Shown here: piece after piece, positions 1 through 13,532 of the stretch
Layout of the letters: every line of letters starts with the position of its first letter
How positions within the stretch are numbered: position 1 is the first letter of the stretch
NCBI GenBank assembly: GCA_951406725.2
Contig: OX597830.1
Coordinates: forward strand, 65,968,001-66,032,000
Origin: Octopus vulgaris
Taxonomy: Eukaryota
Direction: 5' to 3'
DNA: 64,000 nucleotides
Translations under genes and position numbers: made by a program
Notes under the pieces: generated by a model
The model's input: the letters and a program-made list of their open reading frames with translations, nothing else
The model's database searches: none
Told to the model about the DNA's origin: nothing

Positions 1-222
1 TTGTTAGTTGTCGGAGCACTGCATCCTTCAAGACTTCCATGCTTCCTGAGATTTACCAACACTACACCTGATTTTCTCTCCTCCATAGCATGTATCTGAC
101 TCATACACTGATTGCTTTCCAGATATTTGTACATTACTGCATATACCTTATACGTACTTTTGACAAGTTGTGGTGCACCTGAGCACTGTATACAATAATT
201 TCATTATTTTATTTTTATTTTT
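1..222 (+). mobile_element. CR1-type LINE 3' end (ORF2 terminus, 3' UTR, ATT-rich tail)
   Basis: Near-identical to 23805-24030, which encodes a CR1-like ORF2 C-terminus; ends ...caataatttcattatttt. Confidence 0.85.
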
Positions 223-784
223 TTAACCATAAACATACAAGAATAGATGGTGATCATAAACTTCGAGTGAATGCCTTTCATCATAGGTCTGCCTTATCAG
301 GATTGACCTGGGATTAAACAACAACAACAACAGTAACAACAACAACAACCTCAGCATCTTATGACGACCAATAAAGGTTACTTTGATAACTTTGATAGGT
401 TTTGGCCAGTATAGGCCCAGGCCTTGTCTAACTCAACAGCACCACCGTTATAAGTGCTGTCCATCCTCTACTTCTGGCTAAATGATGAAACACAATGAAA
501 AGGTGCCAACGAGACCAAATCAATAACAACTTTGTTGATTATGGCAAACAGTATCCCGCCTACAGACGCAATACAATGTACTGGAACAAGCACTGAAATT
601 GTTAAAAAACATGTACAGATTTAATTAGTAAATTAAGCACTAACACACTTAAGTGATGAGAATGATAATGCTAATTAATTGAGACTTCCCATATTGAGAG
701 GCAAGCATTGATCGATGCTGAAAGCAACCAAACAACACAAGGGTGACAACGAAGAAAGATAAAAAAATATATCTTCTGTTATCT

Positions 785-1200
785 TCTTTGATTTGTGTAG
801 GTCATTAGATTGCGGCCATGCTAGAGCACTGCCTTGAAGAATTTTAGTCAAATTTATCAATCCTAGTACTTATTGTTTTTTTTTTTTGTAAAACCTGGTA
901 CTCATTCTATCAGTGTCTTTTGCTGAACCACTAAGTTATGGGGATGTAAACACACCAACACTGATTGTCAAGTGTTGGCGGGGATCAAACACATACACAG
1001 AAGACATGTATATACACACACACACACATACACACATACACACATATGATGGGCTTCTTTCAGCTTCTGTCAACCAAATCCGCACACAAGGTTTTGGTCA
1101 GCCTGAGGCTATAGCAGAAGACCTAAGGTGCCACACAGTGGAACTGAACCCAGAACCATGTAGTTGGGAAGCAAACTTCTTACCACACAGCCACATCTAT
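785..1200 (-). mobile_element. Family A tRNA-headed SINE, decayed
   Basis: Aligns by eye to the conserved copy at 10910-11340. Confidence 0.8.
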
Positions 1201-1579
1201 GCTTATATACTTACCAATGATTGAGATACTCACATAAAAACCGGGACCACATACGATGTGTTCCATTGGAACTAATTAATCTAATGAAGCAGTTCTTCAT
1301 TTACATGTAGTCATAGCCACGATGCATTTTATTTCAGCATACTGGTGTAGCCATGTGTTAAAGAATTTGCTTCACAGTCACTTGGGTTTTGGTTCAATCC
1401 CACTACATGGCATCTTGGGCAGGTGTCTTCTACTATATCCCCAAATTGACCAAAGTCTTGTGAGTGCATTTGGAGGACAGAAGCTCATCATGTATATTTA
1501 TATTTGTGTGTGAGTGTGTGTATCTGTATGTGACTACCTCCTTCCCATGCTTGCATAGAAAGATGGTTTTTAAAATTAT

Positions 1580-1768
1580 GATGATGATGATGATGATAAC
1601 TACACCAGGAACTTCTATCCCCATTAATGTTGGTATGCTCCCAGATTCCTGTCGTGTGTCTCTGCTAGTTGCATCAATGTAGTTTAGTTGTCTTTATCTT
1701 CTTCTAGAACACAGAAGTTTCCAAATTATAACATCCGGTATAGTCTGGTGTTCCTCACAACCAAAAAG
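1580..1768 (-). mobile_element. RTE/RTE-X-like LINE 3' end, decayed
   Basis: Minus strand reads IPDVIIWKLL..RRR*RQLNYIDATSRDTRQ..TLMG/DRSSW, then an (ATC)n tail; fits the RTE-type C-terminal pattern W..RR.R..Y.D...RDT....M.DR..W. Confidence 0.55.
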
Positions 1769-1782
1769 GTAAATAAAGTCTA

Positions 1783-2001
1783 AGGTAATGAGCTGGCAGA
1801 AACGTTAGCACACCAGGTGAAATGCTTGGCAGTATTTCGTCTGTTGTTACATTCTGAGTTCAAATTCCGCTGAGGTTGACTTTGCCTTTCATCATTTCAG
1901 AGTTGGTAAATTAAGTACCAGTTGTGTACTGGGATCAATCTAATCGACAGACCCCCTCCCCCAAAAATTTTGGGCCTTGTGCCGAGAGTAGAAAAGAAAA
2001 G
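1783..2001 (+). mobile_element. Family B tRNA-headed SINE with 16-bp TSD
   Basis: gagctggcagaaacgttagc head, B box gagttcaaattcc, central gactttgcctttcatc; flanked by aggtaaataaagtcta at 1767-1782 and 2002-2017. Confidence 0.9.
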
Positions 2002-2307
2002 AGGTAAATAAAGTCTATCTTGTTTTTAGAACAACAATATTAACAGAGCAATAAAAGGTACTTTAGATGCTTTTATCTATATCTTTTACCTTTCTCTGTC
2101 ACTGGAGTGTGGCCATACTGGAGCATTGCTTTGAAGGGTTTTGTCGAACAAATCAACCCCAATACTTACCTTTTTAAAGTCTGGCACTATTGGTCTCTAT
2201 TGATCTCTTTTGCCAAACCACTAACTTATAGGGACATGCACAAGCCAACTCTAGTTGTCAAGCAATGGTGGGGGACAAACATTGTGAGTGGATTTTGTCA
2301 ACGGAAA

Positions 2308-2515
2308 CTGATGATGTTTGATGATGATGATGATGTTCCATAATGATATTTGATGAAGATGTTTGATGAAGATGTTTGATGAATGATGTTTGATGAAGAC
2401 GTTTGATGAATGATATTTGATGAAGATGTTTGATGAATGATATCTGATGAAGATGTTTGATGAATGATGTTTGATGAAGATGTTTGATGAATGATGGTTG
2501 ATGAATGATGTTTAA
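2308..2515. repeat. Minisatellite (about 24-bp unit gatgtttgatgaatgatgtttgatgaa-like) grown from a (GAT)n SINE tail
   Basis: Direct tandem units visible; adjoins a minus-strand family C fragment. Confidence 0.85.
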
Positions 2516-2877
2516 TGGAGTTAAACTCATGTTGGCATGAGCTGGATGGTTTGCCAGGAGCTGGTAAGGCCAAGGACTGCCTCAGGCTCCGTTGTCTGGT
2601 CTGGCATGTTTTCTATAGCTGGATGCCCTTCACAATGCTAACCACTTTAAAGAGTGTACAGGGTGCCTTTTATCTGACACCAGCACCAGTGCTTCTTACA
2701 TGGAAGCTGCACCAGTGAATTTTATGTAGAACCATCACCAGCGCTTTTTGTGTGGCATGTGCACCAGTATCAATTCTGCTGTGGTGGACAGGTGTCTTTG
2801 AGTACAGCAAAGCACTGGATGTGTGTGTGTGTGTGTGTGTACATATATAAGTATGCATATACATATGTGTGTGTAAA

Positions 2878-3215
2878 AGGGTAAAGACCCTCTTCAGTTA
2901 TGAATGACCATGGGATTGTACCTAGAAAGTTAACTTCCGAGGCACAAGTCTGGGCAAGGTTATTTTCTGGAAGATCGGCAATCACACATGCATACCAGCC
3001 TCTCCTCTCCATGCTACCAATGTTATCCACGGGAAAGGCAAAGGCCAATACAGCTTGGCATCAGTGATGGTGCACCTCATTTCTACAGCTGAGTGAAACA
3101 AAGCAACATGAAGAAAAAAGTGTCTTGCTCAAGAACACAACATACATCCCGATCCAGGAATCAAACTCACTACCTCATAATTGTAAGTCTAATGCTCTAA
3201 CCACTGAGCCATATG
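2878..3215 (-). mobile_element. Family D tRNA-headed SINE
   Basis: Reverse complement of 38983-39330 (ggctcagtggttagagc head, gtgttcttgagcaagacac). Confidence 0.8.
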
Positions 3216-3641
3216 TGTGCATATGTGTATATGCAAGTATGTATGTCTGTGCACACGTGTGTATGTATGTGTTTCTGAGTCCTTGTTCTGACATTACACC
3301 CTATTTGTAAACGAGCATCACTGTAATACAAGCAGTGGTGTTTGTTTACAATCTCCCATGGAAACATATCTGGACAAAGAGAAAAATATTACCTTGCTTG
3401 GAAACAGGTAAGGTTTGGTGATAGGAAAAGCATCAGGACATTTAAAAAAATCTACCTCAACAAATCCTGCTTGACCCATGCAAACATGGAAAAGAGAATA
3501 TTGAAGCAATAAAACAAGGTGTAAGGTTTTAAATATGTAAAGACAGAAAAATAAGCTTGTGTGAGGTTCATGACATTTTCAAGGTTACTGGTGACATAAA
3601 TAATTTTGTCCACACACACACACACACACACGCATGTATAT

Positions 3642-3700
<59 letters not shown>

Positions 3701-3728
3701 GGTATGTATGTATGTATTTATGCATATG

Positions 3729-3775
<47 letters not shown>

Positions 3776-4032
3776 ATATGGATATATATATATATATACT
3801 TACAAACATGTGTGGGTGTGTTTGTGTGTGTACACTATTAAATGTGATTAAACACTCTTAATGATGGAATGAGGGTTGTTTTTCTAGTTATATTTCTCTC
3901 CAGCTGGCTTTTTCCATAGGAACCCCAACATATGTACACATACATATACACACATATACTGACACACACACACACACTCACACACAAACACACATGTGTC
4001 CATATGCTCACAGTCTCTCATGTAAGTATGTA

Positions 4033-4079
<47 letters not shown>

Positions 4080-4186
4080 ATACTTACATGTTTGCTCTTC
4101 AGTAGTTTTATAAAACAAACATTTCTTTCCATTTATAATATTCTGTAAAATGTGTGAAATCATTATTTCAACACTTCTGACACAGC

Positions 4187-4204
4187 TACTACTACTACTA
4201 CAAT

Positions 4205-4237
<33 letters not shown>

Positions 4238-4349
4238 CGAAACCACCACCACCACCACTTCCACCACCACCACCACCACCACCACTACTACTACTACTAC
4301 TACTGCTACTACTACCACCACCACCACCACCACCACCACCACCACCACC

Positions 4350-4426
<77 letters not shown>

Positions 4427-4427
4427 A
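4187..4427. repeat. Compound (CTA)n/(CCA)n trinucleotide microsatellite
   Basis: Directly visible; source of the poly-L/P/S/G/V ORFs in the track. Confidence 0.97.
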
Positions 4428-4829
4428 GCAAATTGGCAAAATCATTTGTGCTCTGGATAAAATGCTTTCAAGTATTTCTTTCACAATCTTTGCTCTGAGT
4501 TCAAATCCTGCCGAGGACAGCTATGTTTTTTTTTATTCTTTAGGGGATCGGTACATAAATTATCAATCTAGTGCAGGAATCTATTCTTCTTCCACTCCTC
4601 TTCTTTCTTCTTTTCTCCTTCATTGTCTGTCTGTGTATGTTGCGCTGACTCATAAAACTGCAAAATCTTAGAATGATTACGTGTGAGGGTGTATACATAT
4701 ATATATGTTACATATGTGTGTGTGTGTGCATGGAGGGCTCAGCCACTTGCACATTAATTTCACAAGCAGGCTGTTCTGCTGATCGGATCAACAGTAACCC
4801 TCATCATCATAACCAATGGAGTGCCAGTT

Positions 4830-4864
<35 letters not shown>

Positions 4865-4868
4865 CTTA

Positions 4869-5100
4869 AAGGTGGCGAGCTGGCAGAACCGTTAGCACGC
4901 TGGGCGAAATGCGTAGCTGTATTTCGTCTGTCGTCACGTTCCGAGTTCAAATTCCGCCGAGGTCGACTTTGCCTTTCATCCTTTCGGGGTCGATAAATTA
5001 AGTACCAGTTACACACTGGGGTCGATATAATCGACTTAATCCGTTTGTCTGACCTTGTTTGTCCCGTCTGTGTTTAGCCCCTTGTGGGTAGTAAAGAAAT
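4869..5100 (+). mobile_element. Family B SINE, near consensus
   Basis: aaggtggcgagctggcag...gtcgactttgcctttcatcctttcggggtcgataaattaagtaccag...ccccttgtgggtagtaaagaaata. Confidence 0.92.
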
Positions 5101-5129
5101 ATATATATATGTGTGTGTATTGTGTAAAA

Positions 5130-5329
5130 GATTCGAACGAGATCATTGCCAGTACTGCCAGACTGGCAGCACCCATGACACTCTCGGAGTGGTTGGCATT
5201 AGGAAGGGCATCCAGCTGTAGAAATTCTGCCAGATCAGATTGGAGCCTGGTGCAGCCATCTGGTTCGCCAGACCTCAGTCAAATCATCCAACCCATGCTA
5301 GCATGCACAACAGACATTAAGCGATGACG

Positions 5330-5330
<1 letters not shown>
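5130..5330 (+). mobile_element. Family C element (Nin-like domain plus (GAT)n tail)
   Basis: gttggcattaggaagggcatccagctgtagaaa...ccaacccatgctagcatg...gatgacgat. Confidence 0.85.
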
Positions 5331-5376
<46 letters not shown>

Positions 5377-5396
5377 TGTATGTATTTGCTACCAAG

Positions 5397-5889
5397 TATT
5401 TGGTCATCCCATAAATAATGCTGTTTTGAAATTGCATGAACTAAAAGTCGGAGGGGGACAGGATAAACTACCTGCATCAACTTGCTATAAAAGTCAATAT
5501 TGAATCTTACTTTTGTGCTAGCAGTGCAATATTCTTACTTCTAAGTTTATTTCTTCAGATTTTCTCAACAGTTCAGAGTGAGAACAACAAGATACAGCAT
5601 TTCATACACAAATATGTCTATGTAAATAATGTAATTAAAGATAGAAGTAAGTAATGAGTGTATATGCATATTTCAAGAGTTATTGCTCTTTCATCAGCTT
5701 TTTCATCCAACCCATCAACTGCCCATGAATGCATTGCTTAAATACCCATTAAGTTTAGTGGTATAATACTATTGGATTGACCAATTTACATATCAAACAC
5801 ATTCTTGGCTAGTGGTACTTCTCAATCACATGGTTCCAGGTTTAGTCCCACTGCATGGCACCTTTGAAATATGTCTTCTACTATGGACT

Positions 5890-5925
<36 letters not shown>

Positions 5926-7057
5926 TGTGTGTGTGCATGCATGTGTGTGTGTGTGTGCGTGTGTGTTTAAATACATATAAGTTGTCAGTGTTTGCACTTT
6001 TCTATGCATAAAGGATATAGAAATGCATAACTATGGACCCCTCTTCAGCTGTTGAATCAAGATTGAAATGATTTCAGCTCTTTAACAACAGGATTGCTTG
6101 TTGGGAGCTTGACTAGGTTTGTAACAAAACTATTAAGGAATTGTATAGCTAAGACAGGGCAATATAAAACAAGTGGCATACATGACAAGATGACAACAAA
6201 TGTACAGAAATACATAGAAATTTCAACAACAATGGCATGTGGCAATATTTGGGTCTGTTGACTTTTTTAAAAATGATACGTAAAATAATTAAATTAACCT
6301 TAAGGATAAGAAACAAAGAAATTTATGCAGTGAGTCTTTCAGTTGGGATGAACAAATATGTACAAACTGGGATGGTAGTTCAAACAAGTAATGTAGAGAG
6401 AAGAATAAACAAAACGCAAATCATTTGGATGTTGGTTCTTGAACAAAGAAATATGAAAGAGAAAGAAAGATACAGTGAAGGACATCATCATCATCGTCGT
6501 CGTCGTCATCGTCATCATCATCATCATCATCATCACCATGATCATCATCATCATTGGTTTAACATCTGCTTTTAATGCTATGATAACTAAGAAGATCAAC
6601 CATGAGCAGCTTGAGTGGCTTATGTTGGTGCTAGAAGAAAAATGGCCATCTTTGATTCCAAGACAAAAGGTGTTCTTCCATCAGGCGAATGTTCGGCTAC
6701 ACAGCAAGGATGACATTCCAAAGCCTGGAGCATTTTGAATGGGAAACAATGCTGCACCCATCATATTTGCTGGACATTGCCCCATCTGATTATCATTTAT
6801 TCCACAGTTTTCAAAATCATTCGGACTGAAAAAATATGAATTCTGTAGATGAGCTCAGAACAGTACTGGAGGAGTATTTTTTGTCACAGACAAGTGAATT
6901 TTGGAAAAGGGCCTTGCAAATCTACCAGATAGATGGAAGAGCCTTGTAGGAAATGAAGAAGAATATATTTTAGATTAAAAAAGAACTTTATTTATCTTGA
7001 TTTTGAAAAATAAAAGGAGTATAAAAAAAAACACATTATTTACAGGATGATCCAATA
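5397..7057 (+). mobile_element. Decayed mariner element: left TIR, internal foreign sequence, transposase C-terminus, right TIR
   Basis: tatttggtcatcccataaataatg at 5397 is an inverted match to cattatttacaggatgatccaata ending at 7057; transposase remnant lies inside. Confidence 0.7.
6583..6978 (+). pseudogene. Mariner (DD34D) transposase C-terminal remnant
   Basis: Translates with frameshifts to EQLE..EEKWPSL..QKVFFHQANVRLH (HQDNARPH), WETMLHPSYLLDIAPSDYHLF (YSPDLAPSDYHLF), LPDRWKSLV..EEYILD*. Confidence 0.92.
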
Positions 7058-7074
7058 TATATATATATATATAT

Positions 7075-7251
7075 AGTTAATCCAAACATGAACAAAGAGA
7101 AAACACAACAACGCGAGGATGTGGAATAAGTATAGTGTTATTGGATGCTCAGGAAAGGAAAGAAACAAGGAGGACTTAACATTTTGAGCGGAGCTCTTTG
7201 TCAGAAATATAGAAAAAAAGAAAAAGAGAAAAAGTCTAAGGAAGGGAAGAT

Positions 7252-7255
<4 letters not shown>
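7075..7255 (-). mobile_element. Short Penelope-pLTR-like element family P1 between (TA)n tracts, with decayed hammerhead
   Basis: Reverse complement of 16800-16978; minus strand atttCTGACAAagagc-tcc-gctcAAAAtgtt. Confidence 0.65.
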
Positions 7256-7309
<54 letters not shown>

Positions 7310-7814
7310 ACAGTGCTGGATCCTTTGCTTTGTTGTGGAACGATATCTTGATCAACAGAAATTTAACATCTACTTTATTTCGAATGGAAGAAGGTAAACG
7401 GAATGTTGAGTGTGTGAGGTAATATAACACTCAAGGGGTGGATGAACTAAAATGACCTTAAATATAGTTTATAAAGTATGAAGTCATAATGTTGATACAG
7501 AAGTAAGTGGTCTGTACAAATAAAAGTTTGCTGCTGGAGGTAGTGGTGGAAACGGGTTTTGAGATTGGTTGTGTATGAATTTGTTATTCACCAAGCTATA
7601 AGCAAATTAAGGTTGGGAAAATGCTGTAAGCTATTATATACGATTACTGAAAGGGAATTTGTGGTGTAGTGTGTGTGTGTGTGTGTGCATGTGTGTGTAT
7701 GTGTGCACGTGACTCACATGATGTTTGTTACAGGGATGTAAACAAACTACCACTGGTTGTCAAGTGATGATGAGGAAACAAAACACAAACACAAAGACAC
7801 ACACCCATTGATAT

Positions 7815-8220
7815 CTCTTTACTCTTTTACTCTTTTATTTGTTTCAGTCATTTGACTGTGGCCATGCTGGAGCACCGCCTTTAGTTGAGCAAATCGACCC
7901 CGGGACTTATTCTTTGTAAGCCCAGTACTTATTCTATTAGTCTCTTTTGCCGAACCGCTAAGTGACGGGGACGTAAACACACCAGCATCGGTTGTCAAGC
8001 AATGCTAGGGAGACAAACACAGACACACAAATACATACATATATATATACATATATACGACAGGGTTCTTTCAGTTTCCGTCTACCAAATCCACTCACAA
8101 GGCATTGGTCGGCCCGGGGCTATAGCAGAAGACACTTGCCCAAGATGCCATGCAGTGGGACTGAACCCGGAACCATGTGGTTGGTAAACAAACTACTTAC
8201 CACACAGCCACTCCTGCGCC
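7815..8220 (-). mobile_element. Family A tRNA-headed SINE (CORE-like ccttgggcaagt segment), young copy
   Basis: Full head ggcgcaggagtggctgtgtggt, B box gggttcagtccc, internal TA/TG tract, (aaaagagt)n tail. Confidence 0.93.
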
Positions 8221-8236
8221 TATATACATATACATT

Positions 8237-8282
<46 letters not shown>

Positions 8283-8283
<1 letters not shown>

Positions 8284-8665
8284 CCTTGAAAATGAACCAA
8301 TGGGGAGGCCAAAATCAGTTACTTGGTATGATGGATTAAATGTTTGGTTGAACAAAATCTGAGAACAAGAGTCTGAAAATTTTCATCAGAACTTCAAACA
8401 TCTCGCACAACTGTTTCTCAACACCTGAAAAAAAAAAAAGGAAAAATCAAGACAATGGATGGGTTTGTTCCACATCAACTGAACAAGATTAATAAAAACA
8501 GGCACCTCGATTGGAAAAAAGAACCATTTTGGCATCAAATCATTGCATGTGATGGAAAAATGGATACTCTTTGACAACAGCAGGAGAACAGGACAGTGAT
8601 TAGATGCAGGAGAGTCACCTAAACACTACCCAAAACCACCATTGCACCCTAAAAGTGAAGTGGTC
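8283..8665 (+). pseudogene. Second mariner transposase remnant (N-terminal/HTH to first catalytic D)
   Basis: Frameshifted LENEPMGRPKS..VEQN..TTVSQHLKK..GFVPHQLN (WVPHEL)..HQIIACD..KWILFDN..PKPPLHPK. Confidence 0.85.
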
Positions 8666-8984
8666 CCAATGCAGATATATATCTTTTTTCCAGTGAGGAA
8701 AAGTCACTGATCTCAAAACATCGACAATCAGTGATTGTAACACACTGGAGATGAGTCAATACCCAGAAACTCGGGTCCATGTGTATCATGTCAGGTTGAA
8801 GATGGGAAGGATGGCTTCCCTTTGCAAATACTGATAGGGCACAGAAAGTGTGTCCTCCTGAGGCTACAAGCTACAGTAGCATCCACCCTTAAGGGTTAGC
8901 CATATTTAAAAGGCAAATATACTTCATGATATATATATATATATATATATAATTAATTAATAAGGGTGAGAGAATTAGATACTA

Positions 8985-9016
<32 letters not shown>

Positions 9017-9111
9017 TATATATATGCATATTTATATATAATATATATATATATATGTTTTATATATATGCATATATATAGGTATATATACATATATATA
9101 TATATGTATGT

Positions 9112-9389
<278 letters not shown>

Positions 9390-10039
9390 CAAACTTCTTT
9401 CAGTTTCTGTCTACCAAATCCATTTACAAGTCTTTGGTCAGTCTGGGGCTATAGCTGAAGACACATGGTTGGCAAGCAAGCTTCTTACCACACAGCCACG
9501 CCTGTGCCTATACACATATATATATACACTAGTAATTGTATATTGATACTTCTCAAAACAATTGCTCAATTTTTCTAAGACTGCATTGGCAACTTAGAAT
9601 GTTAAGCTGCATGTTTTATAGGCATTATAATTACATCCCTTTTTTGCTGGTAAATATTTTTGGCTATTTCCCTACCTCCTCTTTTATTCTTATATGTATC
9701 TTATGAGAATTCAGTTGTGTTTCTTTAAGTCACATGGAACTGAATCAAACTATTTTAAATAATAATACAATTAACTCCAACTAAATGTGATGTGTGCCCT
9801 TTCCTTTATCTTTCATTTGTCCACTCACTCATATATCATATATGTATTATTTATTCCCCAATACACGTGTTTCATTTGCTAATAGGAATTACAAAATTGT
9901 ACATGTCAGCTAAACATGTAAATAATTTCCTATTAGAAGGTCAAGAGGTCACAGCTTGGATTTTAATCCTACCTACGTTATATATATATCATTATCATTT
10001 AACATCTGCTTTCAATACTGGGTTGGATATATATATATA

Positions 10040-10410
10040 GTGGAGCGCTAAGAGCACCATCTGAGTGTGATCGTTGCCAGAGCGGCTAACTGGTTTCCAT
10101 GCCGGTGGCAAGTGATAAAGAATTGGAGCAAAGTCGTTGCCAGTGCCGCTGGACTGGCTCCTCTGCAGGTGGTACGTAAAAAACACCATTTGAGTGTGGC
10201 TGTTGCCAGTACTGCCTGACTGGCCCTTGTAAAAGCACTCACTACACCCTCGGAGTGGTTGGCGTTAGGAAGGGCATCCAGCTGTAGAAACTCTGCCAGA
10301 TCAAGATTGGAGCCTGGTGCAGCCATCTGGTTCACCAGTCCTCAGTCAAATTGTCCAACCTATGCTAGCATGGAAAGCGGATGTTAAACGATGATGATAA
10401 TGATAATGAT
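10040..10410 (+). mobile_element. Family C element with internal tandem subrepeats
   Basis: Nin-like core ggttggcgttaggaagggcatccagc and tail ggaaagcggatgttaaacgatgatg. Confidence 0.88.
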
Positions 10411-10909
10411 ATATATATATATATATGAAAGAACAGAATAACAGTGTCTTAAAGGCTTCATGAGGTTGAGAACCAGTGATGTATAAAAGGATAGATATAT
10501 AAGGGTATATTTTTCCACCCCTGTTTCTATACTACTCTATATTTTCTTTACTTTTTCAGTTGGTCTTCATTCTTAGTCAGCTGCTTCTGTATTTTCAACC
10601 TTTAAATTCACAGAAATTATCCTGTGAAATTCTATCAAAAGCAGAATTATTGAAAGTCAGCTCTAGTTTTTTTTTTTGTTTTTTTTTGTTTTTCTTGTGA
10701 ATGGGCAGAGCTGCTGAAAAATAATTGTATATTTGTCAAATTAGCAGCCATGAAAATATGACAGGAAAATATTTGACATTCAAGACTTTTTCAATTAGAC
10801 AACTATAACCATCCCGAATTGGGAATGTGCTACTAGTTTCAATCAGTTGATAATTAAAACAACATCTGATGCTGAGTGTGGTGTGTATACATATATAAAA
10901 ATATATATA

Positions 10910-11340
10910 GGCGCAGGAGTGGCTGTTTGGTAAGTAGCTTGCTAACCAACCACATGGTTCCGGGTTCAGTCCCACTGCGTGGCATCTTGGGCACGTGTCT
11001 TCTGCTATAGCCCCGGGCCGACCAATGCCTTGTGAGTGGATTTGGTAGACGGAAACTGAAAGAAGCCTGTCATATATATGTATATATATATATATATAAG
11101 TGTGTGTAAATATGTTTGTGTGTCTGTGTTTGTTCCCCTAGCATTGCTTGACAACCGATGCTGGTGTGTTTACGTCCCCGTAACTTAGTGGTTCGGCAAA
11201 AGAGACTGATAGAATAAGTACTGGGCTTACAAAGAATAAGTCCCGGGGTCGATTTGCTCGACTAAAGGCGGTGCTCCAGCATGGCCGCAGTCAAATGACT
11301 GAAACAAGTAAAAAGAGTAAAAAAGAGTAAGAAAAAAGAG
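10910..11340 (+). mobile_element. Family A SINE, young full-length copy
   Basis: tRNA-like A/B boxes, conserved body, (aaaaagagt)n tail. Confidence 0.93.
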
Positions 11341-11449
11341 TATGCCAGCATTAAAGGTGGATATTAAATGAACATATATGAGTATGAGTGTCTATCTGTA
11401 GATGTATGCAGTAAATATGTATGTATATGTATTATATATGTATGTATGC

Positions 11450-11510
<61 letters not shown>

Positions 11511-11688
11511 TAAAAACGGTAAGATAACAAAAGAAAGAAAGAGACCTCAATATTGTGTAAATAGAGGAAATATATCTATAAAATAATATGTTACATTTAC
11601 TCAATAGTCAAGATAAAACTCTGAGTCTTAACTCTGAGTATATATATATATCTGTAAAAGTAATATTTGACAATTATTCGGTAGCCAA

Positions 11689-11749
11689 GATAAAACTCCA
11701 AGTTTCGGATGCCGAGGTGGAAATCCCTGCCACCATCTCTTCAGTTATC
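11689..11749 (-). ncRNA. Type I hammerhead ribozyme motif (Penelope pLTR-like, family P3)
   Basis: Minus strand gataa-CTGAAGA-gatg..(ggtgg/ccacc)..catc-c-GAAA-cttggag-TT-ttatc; 5-bp stem I; preceded by a partial tandem copy at 11571-11625. Confidence 0.65.
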
Positions 11750-11966
11750 CGGCCATCGGAAAAACGCCATGAAAAATGACTGTTATACAAAGGGAAATTA
11801 CTGTGTGATTGATCGCTATTAAGACAAAAGAGTTATTCAAATGACCGCTAAGTAAAGTAAGGGGGTAAAAGGTTCATAGTATTCGCGTAATCGCACCTGT
11901 TCATACCTACACATGTGCGCCCGCACACCCACATGCATACGCATACATTCATCCACCCTCACTATA

Positions 11967-12029
<63 letters not shown>

Positions 12030-12274
12030 CCCTTACACATTTCAGTAATTTGACTGCAGCCATGCTGGAGCACAACCTTCAAGGGCTTTTAGTTGAACAA
12101 ATCGACCCCAGGACTTATTCTTTGTAAGCGTAGTACTTATTCTATCAGTCTCTTTTGTTGAACTGCTAGATTACAGAAACATAAAAAACACCACCATCAA
12201 TTGCCAAGCAATTGTGGCGGGACAAACAGACACAAAGACACACACATAAATATATATATATATCTACATACATA

Positions 12275-12338
<64 letters not shown>

Positions 12339-12490
12339 TATATACATACAACAGGCTTCTTTCAGTTTCCATCTACCAAATCCACTTACAAGGCTTTGGT
12401 TGCTCCAAGGTTATATTAGAAGAGACTTGCCCAAGGTACCATGTAGTGGTCCATGTGGCTGGGAAGCAAGTTTCTTACCACACAGCTACA
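12030..12490 (-). mobile_element. Family A SINE
   Basis: Homology to 10910-11340. Confidence 0.85.
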
Positions 12491-12765
12491 TACACACACA
12501 CATGCATGCGCATGCACACACACACACATGCACGCACACACACACACATATAATCATCATCATCGTCGTTTAATGTCAGCATTCCATGTTGGCATGGATG
12601 GGACAGTTTGGCAGGAGCCTACCAAGCAGAAGCCTGCACTGGACTTCTGTGACTGTTTTAGTAGGATTTTAACAGCTGGATGCCTTTCCTAACATCAACC
12701 TCCCAGCAGAGAGGATTCATATATATATGTGTGTGTGTGTGTGTGTATATGTGTGTGTGTGCATA

Positions 12766-12948
12766 ATTTTAAATTCTCAAACACAGAATAATGCTAATAA
12801 TATAACCTCAACAAGATAAGCTACCCCTATTTTTGCAGAAAAAAGTGTTGGCTAGCTGGCCTCCAACACTTTTTTCTGCAAAAATAGGGGTAGCTTATCT
12901 TGTTGAGGTTATATTATTAGCATTATCCTTTGTTTGAGAATTTAAAAT
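12766..12948. repeat. Fold-back inverted repeat, 86-bp arms, 11-nt loop
   Basis: 12766-12851 is the reverse complement of 12863-12948 with 2 mismatches. Confidence 0.95.
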
Positions 12949-13083
12949 CACTTCTTTAACTTTCTAAGACATCTCAACGCTTCTAAAGCAAATTTCGTTT
13001 GTTTGTTTACGTTCAACATAATTTGAATTTCATACATACATACATATATACATACATATATGTATATATATATATATATATGT

Positions 13084-13122
<39 letters not shown>

Positions 13123-13129
13123 TATATAT

Positions 13130-13343
13130 AGATATTGTTATATTTCGGAATGGTCATATTGCCAGTTTAGCCAATAAAAACACACGCACTATATATTTGG
13201 TGTTATTTTGCTTCAGTGATATTTATTTTTTACATTAATCTTAATCTTATTTCGGCCAAAGTTCTTTCGTCACAAAATATATAGTGCGTGTGTTTTTATT
13301 GGCTAAACTGGCAATATGACCATTCCGAAATATAACAATATCT
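13130..13343. repeat. Inverted repeat with perfect 69-bp arms next to (TA)n
   Basis: 13130-13198 is the exact reverse complement of 13275-13343. Confidence 0.95.
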
Positions 13344-13425
13344 GTTTCAACACACGACTTCACATAAAAAATCTTGCACAACAAATATTTAAACGTATAT
13401 ATATAGATATATAAATATATATATA

Positions 13426-13532
<107 letters not shown>

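Noticed and set aside
1708-1768. Apparent plus-strand exon (ttctag...aag|gtaaat)
   Set aside because: Better explained as antisense of an RTE-like LINE end; the donor lies in a SINE TSD
4008-4671. Poly-Ser/Gly or poly-Leu/Pro proteins
   Set aside because: (CTA)n/(CCA)n microsatellite
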